Virus record (IMG/VR): IMGVR_UViG_3300032030_000038
Location: 1-64,000 of that record
Reading direction: 5' to 3' (one strand)
DNA: 64,000 bases
Source of the DNA: a virus
Lineage: Duplodnaviria; Caudoviricetes
A program made the position numbers and the translations under genes. Of this stretch, positions 57,848 to 64,000 are shown piece by piece (the stretch's first letter is position 1; each line of letters opens with the position of its first letter). The notes under the pieces were generated by a model that did not search any database, was not told where the DNA came from, and was given only the letters and a program-made list of their open reading frames with translations.

Positions 57848-58610
57848 TGCTTACAATTTTTTTTAATTCGTTAATATATTTAGGAGCACTTTCCTCACCA
57901 AGTGCAGGTGCTGAATTGGTTTCAAGAATAATAAAATCAGGATGTTCTTGTTTATTACTTTGAACTTTTACATCAACACAACCTATTTCCAAACCTACAG
58001 CAGCAATTGCCTTCTGGCATTCAGCTACAATCTCATCCCAATTTACAGGCTTGTCAAACATTTCATTATCTTCTCTAATCCACACAGTATTTATATGATG
58101 TCTATGCCATCTTTCAGTTGCATCGTTTTTGAGCATCTTTCTATTAGCATGAAAACACCCGAATTTATCGACATGCAATCTATATTCACGAACGTATTTA
58201 TGATATTTTTCAATAATATAATTATTAAGATTGCTATTATGTGAGTTAATAAATTCAGTCATTTCTTCAGCATTTTGTATATAATATATACCTTTGCCTT
58301 TTGAAGAATGAATATGTTTAATAATCAAAGGATAATTCTCATTGAATTCATCCGTGTTATCAAATGTCCACCACTGTGCAGTTTTAACATTGTGTTTATC
58401 AAATGCACGTTTCATAAGATATTTGTCATTTGAGGTTTTACACGCTTCTACCGTGTTGATTTCCCTTATTAATTCGGGATGTTTACAATGTTTAAACACT
58501 TCATTTGTCGGAGTAAAACTGCCTAATCTATATACAGTAGGCCTGGTTACTTCAATTTGGTTTCTTAATAAATTTGCCGAATGATTACGGCTTCTTACTT
58601 TTAAAAACAT
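57837..58610 (-). CDS. ATP-grasp ligase (RimK/YheCD-like)
   Basis: DKYLMK, PLIIK, HSSKGKG, IIEKY, EYRLHV, GCVDV, LETNSAP. Confidence 0.88.
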   Translation of the reverse strand: MFLKVRSRNHSANLLRNQIEVTRPTVYRLGSFTPTNEVFKHCKHPELIREINTVEACKTSNDKYLMKRAFDKHNVKTAQWWTFDNTDEFNENYPLIIKHIHSSKGKGIYYIQNAEEMTEFINSHNSNLNNYIIEKYHKYVREYRLHVDKFGCFHANRKMLKNDATERWHRHHINTVWIREDNEMFDKPVNWDEIVAECQKAIAAVGLEIGCVDVKVQSNKQEHPDFIILETNSAPALGEESAPKYINELKKIVSNEN

Positions 58611-58614
58611 AGTT

Positions 58615-59577
58615 TTAATTAAATAAGTTATTAAAATATTCTATAAATTTTTTTCTTTTATAAGTTTTAAAAAAGTCACTTGGATCTTTTACACCGAGCG
58701 TATTATCTATTTCTGTATAAACTAAATCATATTTCTTGGAAAGTTCCTTGCCAAATTTTTTACCTGTTTCATCATTATCAAGCAATACATAAACAGTTTT
58801 GAATCTTTCTTTTATTTGATTTATAATCTTGTCTTTTGGAAAGTAAGTCTCACCTTGAAGACAAGTTGCCGGAATACCTATATTGGCCCACAAACACAAA
58901 GCATCCTTTCTTGATGAGGTTATAATAAGTTTATTTCCAGAGGCTGGTAACTGACGCCATAAATCCCACACAGACTTATCATGGCTGCTCATCCATTTGC
59001 ATCTTTTACTATAAGGTTGATAAATTTTAAATGTTGTTTTGTTGTCTTTGAATTCCGCATATGCATAAGCATACTTTTCAGCAGGTATATCCAATTCATT
59101 ATTGTCTTTGTTTATAAAAATGTCTTTTATAGGATATATATTACCAAAAACAAGCCATTCTTTTGAAATACCATACTTATTCCAAAATTCAAAGTCATAA
59201 TCTTGCCAGTCTCTTATTGAAATATTTATACCAATATTATTATTGTTTCTTTTAATTGGTCTTGTAACTTTTATTGTTTTACCAGGCTTGAAATTAAATT
59301 CCTGACCTATTTTCAATAAAACTGTATTATAGTCACAATTGAATTTTTTTTTGAGAAGTCCATAAATATCCCAACATTCCTGTGTGGCAAAATCTTTGAA
59401 CAATAATTTACCAGACTTATTATAAAATATTGAAAATGAAGGATTTTTATCTTTTCTAAAAGGTGAATTTATTACACATGGAATATGATTTATATTACCA
59501 AAAAAGTGAGTGAAGATTTCTTCTTCACTCACTTTAATGTCATCAATACTGGCTATTGGTTTAGAAAGGGAGATCAT
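58615..59577 (-). CDS. dnaG: DNA primase (crAss-type DnaG/TOPRIM)
   Basis: SPFRKDKNPSF, FKDFA, KIYQP, ITSSRKD, LDND, KDPSD. Confidence 0.85.
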   Translation of the reverse strand: MISLSKPIASIDDIKVSEEEIFTHFFGNINHIPCVINSPFRKDKNPSFSIFYNKSGKLLFKDFATQECWDIYGLLKKKFNCDYNTVLLKIGQEFNFKPGKTIKVTRPIKRNNNNIGINISIRDWQDYDFEFWNKYGISKEWLVFGNIYPIKDIFINKDNNELDIPAEKYAYAYAEFKDNKTTFKIYQPYSKRCKWMSSHDKSVWDLWRQLPASGNKLIITSSRKDALCLWANIGIPATCLQGETYFPKDKIINQIKERFKTVYVLLDNDETGKKFGKELSKKYDLVYTEIDNTLGVKDPSDFFKTYKRKKFIEYFNNLFN

Positions 59578-60481
59578 TCAAGTCACTCAAATCATTACTG
59601 CTTGTTTCAGGAATTGTATCAGGAATAGGAGAATCGTTGGGAGTAACTACAGACTTTTCAGGAATATATTCATGAATAATCATAGCACTATATTCAACGT
59701 TTGCCATACCACCAGATTTCTTGTAATCTTCAATGTTCTTCTTATAGAAATTGGTGTATCCGTTGTTATTATTACGCATAAAATCTCTGGAAAAGATTGT
59801 TTGATATCTTCTTCCCTCAGAAGTGGTTTGCACACCAAACAACACCTTGATTTTATACACAACATTTTCCTTTGTTTCCTTTTCCTTTGCAGCTACAATC
59901 AATCCTTTGATTTCCTCCAACTTTCCAGACATAATATCTTCCCAATTAAGCTGAATGTCACAATTTTCTGCATCATTCACAGGAACAAATGTCTGTGCAT
60001 TGTTGTCCCATCTTGTTCTGTCCTCAATACCAGCCCAATATTTGATAAACTTTGTAAGTTCAACTTCTCCACGCTTTGCAGGACGATAATCTCCAAACAT
60101 CTTTGTCTTTGGAGGCAATGCTTTTGTCTGATACTGTTCTTTTGTTACCCAAGAAGATTCACCAAAATTGTCGATAACTTGAAACTTTGTTTTGTCTCTG
60201 TTTACATTAACTTCATTGGTACAGAAGAAATTAACATTCGAAATAATATCCACTTTATTATCATTATCAGTGGTTTGAACATAAATGGTAACTCTTGTTT
60301 GATTGACTTTCTTTCCATCAACTTCAATTTGAGTCTTATAAACAGGCTCATCATTTACATTAATACCAATTTCAGCAAGTTGCGCCTTATTGGGGTTTAC
60401 ACACAAGACTTTTACAGGAGCGAATCCAACATAGCGTTTGAATGATTGAGTTTCTTCTACTTGTTTACCTAATTTAATCAT
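59561..60481 (-). CDS. putative single-stranded DNA-binding protein
   Basis: RYVG...VNP N-terminus, acidic DLPF C-terminus, adjacent to primase. Confidence 0.6.
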   Translation of the reverse strand: MIKLGKQVEETQSFKRYVGFAPVKVLCVNPNKAQLAEIGINVNDEPVYKTQIEVDGKKVNQTRVTIYVQTTDNDNKVDIISNVNFFCTNEVNVNRDKTKFQVIDNFGESSWVTKEQYQTKALPPKTKMFGDYRPAKRGEVELTKFIKYWAGIEDRTRWDNNAQTFVPVNDAENCDIQLNWEDIMSGKLEEIKGLIVAAKEKETKENVVYKIKVLFGVQTTSEGRRYQTIFSRDFMRNNNNGYTNFYKKNIEDYKKSGGMANVEYSAMIIHEYIPEKSVVTPNDSPIPDTIPETSSNDLSDLNDLPF

Positions 60482-60602
60482 AGTTAATTTATTTTAAGTT
60501 AATATAATATATAATTCTAATCAAAAATATTTTTTACATGTAAATTTTCTACATTAAAATTGTTTCAAGAATTGTTTGTTTCATATTATTTATAATTTGC
60601 TA

Positions 60603-61160
60603 TTATTGTAAATTGTCAACCCACGCATTGCTTAATTCATTCGCATTTTCTTTGTTTTCCATGAAATCGAGTAATGCTGAATTAAATTCTGACATACCAT
60701 TTTTTACAGTATTTTTGAAAATAAAATATTTACATATTTGCATATAAGTATAATCACCATTAAAAGATTGTATATATCTTTTGGTAGCATCTAAAACCTC
60801 ATCAAAATTAAGTTGTATATTTAATTTTATTTGAAGTTTGTCAAGCCTTTGAACAATTTCAGCATGACTCCCTCGCCATGAATGATTTGTACCTGGTTTT
60901 AAACCAAGCGGAAACTGACTCTGAATAGCCTCTGCTATATTATTTATATTATTTTTTATCGGTTTAGGGGTCATATCTACCATTGACAAGATAACTTCTT
61001 GTACTTCAAGATTTTTAAAAGTTCCATCAGGATTTATATCTTCCGAAAACTTATTTAGAAAGTCTTGATAAGAAGCACATCTGGCAAGATTGTATAAATA
61101 ATTAAAATCAGTGTCTGTAATATCAGAACCAAAAATGCTTAAAAATTCTTGTTTAGTCAT
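60603..61160 (-). CDS. crAss replication-associated protein (possible initiator/helicase loader)
   Basis: FP.G.KPG...WRG and ATKRYI..F...YTYMQ..KYFI.K motifs; replication context. Confidence 0.5.
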   Translation of the reverse strand: MTKQEFLSIFGSDITDTDFNYLYNLARCASYQDFLNKFSEDINPDGTFKNLEVQEVILSMVDMTPKPIKNNINNIAEAIQSQFPLGLKPGTNHSWRGSHAEIVQRLDKLQIKLNIQLNFDEVLDATKRYIQSFNGDYTYMQICKYFIFKNTVKNGMSEFNSALLDFMENKENANELSNAWVDNLQ

Positions 61161-61162
61161 AT

Positions 61163-61543
61163 TTACTTTACAAAATAATATTTTATATCACGAATTCCTT
61201 TATACTCAAGCCAATTTTGAATATGTTCAAAATTTTCATATAATTTCGATGGAATATTGTCAATTATATAAATATAAGAACCATCCTCCAATTTAACTCT
61301 TGTATAAAATGCAGGATAGCCTTCATAACGCTCTACCTCTTTAAAGACTTCATCAGACACTCCATATGTTTCCACATAAACAGGATTTGTTTTTGTATCC
61401 TTTAAAAGTGCTGGAAACTCTCCAAAATCAACCATTTTGTAAGGAAGGTCAATAACTCCTTTACGAATTAATTTCGAATCTTTAAGAATGTGATGAGCAT
61501 GAGCTCCCTCTAATAAAGAGCCGTAAGTTGTGATTTTTTCCAT
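61163..61543 (-). CDS. gamma-glutamylcyclotransferase (GGCT/AIG2-like)
   Basis: YGSLLEG, FPAL, VETY and EGYP..YTR motifs. Confidence 0.85.
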   Translation of the reverse strand: MEKITTYGSLLEGAHAHHILKDSKLIRKGVIDLPYKMVDFGEFPALLKDTKTNPVYVETYGVSDEVFKEVERYEGYPAFYTRVKLEDGSYIYIIDNIPSKLYENFEHIQNWLEYKGIRDIKYYFVK

Positions 61544-61545
61544 AC

Positions 61546-61746
61546 TTAAACTTCACTTGAATTAGACATTAAATTATCATATACTTCCTGATTTAAATCA
61601 AGAAGTAAAATTTGTTTAGCCAAGGTTCGTATTTGATTAATATTTGTAATATTATTAGGGAATGCCCCGTCAAATACAAACCACTCTGTTCTTAATTGGT
61701 CCATTAGGAATTTGAAATGTTGGACTTTTTTTGGTAATTCTTCCAT
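61546..61746 (-). CDS. hypothetical protein
   Basis: 66-aa ORF with an AT-rich leader. Confidence 0.5.
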   Translation of the reverse strand: MEELPKKVQHFKFLMDQLRTEWFVFDGAFPNNITNINQIRTLAKQILLLDLNQEVYDNLMSNSSEV

Positions 61747-61799
61747 TGTTAACTTATTTTTATTGATTATTAGTCTCTTATTCTTCTTTTCTGTTCATA

Positions 61800-61994
61800 T
61801 CAGCCAAGTTTCAGAATATCATCAATAGCATCATCAGGAGTGTAGAATAGATTGTCCGTCTTGAGGAACGGGTCAAAGCCACTCATGCCAAAGCATCGTC
61901 CTGTGTACACGATACCTTCCCATAGGTACCCAAGGTGACCGTCATCATCGGTGACAACTGAATGCGCAGTGAAAAAGTATTCTTGTTGTTTCAT
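61800..61994 (-). CDS. hypothetical protein (GC-rich cassette)
   Basis: Starts within the 18-bp repeat. Confidence 0.6.
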   Translation of the reverse strand: MKQQEYFFTAHSVVTDDDGHLGYLWEGIVYTGRCFGMSGFDPFLKTDNLFYTPDDAIDDILKLG

Positions 61995-62006
61995 ATCACT
62001 CGCAAA

Positions 62007-62429
62007 TTATTCTTCAGTTTCCGGTTTGCCCAACTTGTAATGACACACGATCTTCTTGGTGAGTCCAGCATAGTATACTGGGATCCCGTTCTCATCGACA
62101 TACTTCTTGAGCGCGTTCAGCACATTGGTGAAGCTTTCTGTCCATCCTATAGAGAATGATGTCTCAAAGCCATAGAAGTTTCGTGGCAGTTTTTCGGCAA
62201 TTTCCTTTCCTTCTCTTAAAAACCAGTGCCCGTCGTCTTCTCCGATAAAGTATAGCTGGTCTACTATACATACTACAGCGCCGCAGCCCCAAAGAGAAAT
62301 TGCAATATTGTCGTTGTATCTGACAACTCCTGGCTTAGCACCATTGAATATGCTGTAGTCATCAGAGTCTTGGTTATAGTGATTGTTCAGCCAGCTCACG
62401 ATTGATTCGAGTTCAGTTTTATCGTTCAT
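62007..62429 (-). CDS. hypothetical protein (GC-rich cassette)
   Basis: ATG 62429 lies within the 18-bp repeat; 140 aa. Confidence 0.65.
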   Translation of the reverse strand: MNDKTELESIVSWLNNHYNQDSDDYSIFNGAKPGVVRYNDNIAISLWGCGAVVCIVDQLYFIGEDDGHWFLREGKEIAEKLPRNFYGFETSFSIGWTESFTNVLNALKKYVDENGIPVYYAGLTKKIVCHYKLGKPETEE

Positions 62430-62454
62430 ATTACTCACAAATTCATTTCAGATA

Positions 62455-62586
62455 TTAAATACCATTCATCCTACGGTATTCTTTCCAAGTCATTTTCCTG
62501 CAAACTATATAATGTATATAAGCAATCTTTTCCTGCAATTCCTGAAATGATAAGCTGCGTTTGGTCTTTTTAGTCTCTTTTTTCAT
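62455..62586 (-). CDS. small basic protein (43 aa), absent from the ORF track
   Basis: MKKETKKTKRSLSFQELQEKIAYIHYIVCRKMTWKEYRRMNGI*; fills the gap, AT-rich leader. Confidence 0.5.
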   Translation of the reverse strand: MKKETKKTKRSLSFQELQEKIAYIHYIVCRKMTWKEYRRMNGI

Positions 62587-62606
62587 AAATTTTATTTACT
62601 ACATCT

Positions 62607-62816
62607 TTATCTCTCTATTTCTATCTCTCTATTTTTCAAATATTGAATTATCACATCCTTGATATCTACATCTTGAGATGTGAGTTTCTTCTTGTATGAC
62701 TCGACCAAGTTCTTGTAGTACTTCGCATCGCTCCCCCAAAAACTCCATCCCAGAAGCACGCTCAGTCCGATGCAACCGAGCATCGCTAAAATTATTACAA
62801 TGAATCCGTCTATCAT
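62607..62816 (-). CDS. small membrane protein
   Basis: FIVIILAMLGCIGLSVLLGW TM segment; ATG lies within the 18-bp repeat. Confidence 0.6.
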   Translation of the reverse strand: MIDGFIVIILAMLGCIGLSVLLGWSFWGSDAKYYKNLVESYKKKLTSQDVDIKDVIIQYLKNREIEIER

Positions 62817-62817
62817 A

Positions 62818-63519
62818 TCACTCACAAATTATAAGTTCTTTAGCATACGGAAGACTCTCGATCCAAGCACAGAACTCGCCCCAGTCTTCTTTGAGTTTGT
62901 GGTTCTTGCGCTGTTTGTAGATGGTGGCAAGCTGTTCGTAGTTAGTAGAGCAGTGCACCCAGAGCTCAGCGCCCATCGGGCAGTTGGAGATGATGCGCAT
63001 GTACAGGTCATAGAGCACATCGTCGGAAGTGTTCAGACTGAGCGAGTTTTGCGCATCTCGTTCGCTGAAGTATTGCTCGAGTAACACATAATAGTCTTTC
63101 CTCAGATCGATAAACACATCGAACTGGTCTAGGTTCACGAACATCAGATTGTACAGTTGTATCATGCTGTTCATCAGCTTGATCTCAGTCACAGAAACAT
63201 ACCGGTTGCAGCATTTCGAGAAGTCCATCTTAGTTATGCAGTGCATCATTGATGTGCTGCTCACATATTGGAGAAAGTGATAGCGCTGGACCTGCTTTGT
63301 GAAGTACTGCGGGTACTTCAGATCAAAGGTGACCAGGATACCTGTTCTGAAATTTGTATGACCTGTACCACCACCAAGAGATGCAAGATGCTTACATCTC
63401 ACTACTGCTTTTATAACATTTTCATTCACAACTTCTTGAGGCTCGACAAGCATAGCATTTCCAGAAGCAACCATTGCTTCTTCAAGATTATAAACATGTG
63501 TGTTTTTAATTTCTACCAT
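62818..63519 (-). CDS. divergent ThyX-like (flavin-dependent thymidylate synthase fold) protein
   Basis: GHTNF..GI.V.FD, QVQRYH..VSSTSMMH, PMG, TNY..L..IY.QR..HKL.E.W..FC..I..LP pattern; canonical RHR-x7-S absent. Confidence 0.55.
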   Translation of the reverse strand: MVEIKNTHVYNLEEAMVASGNAMLVEPQEVVNENVIKAVVRCKHLASLGGGTGHTNFRTGILVTFDLKYPQYFTKQVQRYHFLQYVSSTSMMHCITKMDFSKCCNRYVSVTEIKLMNSMIQLYNLMFVNLDQFDVFIDLRKDYYVLLEQYFSERDAQNSLSLNTSDDVLYDLYMRIISNCPMGAELWVHCSTNYEQLATIYKQRKNHKLKEDWGEFCAWIESLPYAKELIICE

Positions 63520-63561
63520 ATCCAAAATATATTACTATGTTTTTTGATTGTTTTTTCATAT

Positions 63562-63996
63562 CTATTCAATTCTTTTATTGATAACACGCATATGTAGAAC
63601 ACTGAAATCACCATTCACAAACAACGAACCATATTTAAATGAATTTGTTATGTCTTGTCCAATATCAATATGATTATAAAAGTCTTTGCAAACAGGTATT
63701 TCGAACTCAACGGCATTTATTTCATTCTTTACATGTTCCCATATATCAAGTGTATATGTGCCCTGCTTAATTTTAAATTTCACAATATACGTTGGATCTT
63801 TGCCCTTAACCAAGGCATTTCGTTCATTAGTCAATGTAGTAATTTCAGCATTTAACTCAGAAATTGTATTTTCAAGTGATTGCTTCTGAGTATATAATGT
63901 ATTGTATTCTTTTTGCAATTGCATCTTTTCTTGAATGCTGTTACAAGAAATAAACAAACACATTGTGAAAAATAATATTAATTTTTTTATTTTCAT
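63562..63996 (-). CDS. lipoprotein with a coiled coil
   Basis: MKIKKLILFFTMCLFISC signal peptide/lipobox, followed by heptads. Confidence 0.7.
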   Translation of the reverse strand: MKIKKLILFFTMCLFISCNSIQEKMQLQKEYNTLYTQKQSLENTISELNAEITTLTNERNALVKGKDPTYIVKFKIKQGTYTLDIWEHVKNEINAVEFEIPVCKDFYNHIDIGQDITNSFKYGSLFVNGDFSVLHMRVINKRIE

Positions 63997-64000
63997 AATA

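Larger units (their letters stand above)
61992..62831 (-). repeat. three dispersed 18-bp direct repeats, each ending in a start codon
   Basis: TAATTTGTGAGTGATATG (62831-62814), GAATTTGTGAGTAATATG (62444-62427), TAATTTGCGAGTGATATG (62009-61992). Confidence 0.8.

Noticed and set aside
59510-60445. 311-aa + strand ORF
   Set aside because: Antisense shadow of the SSB-like gene; no motifs and atypical composition
60522-60529. TATTTTTG (- strand) upstream of the SSB-like gene
   Set aside because: Matches the -7 consensus but has no -33 box and lies in low-complexity AT-rich sequence; too weak to call
62875-62889. EDWGE, identical to the LysW carrier-protein C-terminus, near an ATP-grasp cluster
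   Set aside because: It is internal to the ThyX-like protein, not a free C-terminus; likely coincidence
1-64000. tRNA genes, CRISPR arrays, introns/inteins
   Set aside because: Intergenic gaps are short and AT-rich with no cloverleaf or repeat-spacer pattern seen by eye; PolA, RNR, DnaB and primase look uninterrupted; a covariance-model search was not possible

Overview
64 kb of an AT-rich crAss-like phage (Crassvirales) genome. The host is probably Bacteroidota, judged from TAnnTTTG promoters and mostly SD-less starts; the standard genetic code is used. The + strand (1-39.9 kb) carries a mosaic tail-fibre/receptor-binding region, a self-contained accessory module of unknown function (5.8-9.6 kb), ring/IHF-like/tail-tube/muzzle genes, and five ejected cargo proteins including the virion RNA polymerase (DFDID). 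It meets the - strand block at a bidirectional terminator near 39.93 kb. The - strand block encodes an M15 peptidase, metallophosphoesterase, DnaB, AAA ATPase, PolA, a retropepsin, class II RNR, nucleases, primase, SSB, a GGCT, a ThyX-like protein, a lipoprotein and a six-gene amide/peptide-ligase cluster (ATP-grasp, two GS-fold ligases, two glutaminases). Best leads: (1) the promoter- and terminator-bounded six-gene operon with its upstream membrane protein, HTH protein and basic peptide; (2) the ligase cluster; (3) terminal cysteines that could link the three largest cargo proteins head to tail; (4) an 18-bp repeat ending in ATG that heads three GC-rich gene cassettes; (5) an unannotated acidic tandem-repeat peptide coupled to an aspartic protease; (6) promoters embedded in inverted repeats. 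All family calls come from motif recognition by eye; no database searches were run.
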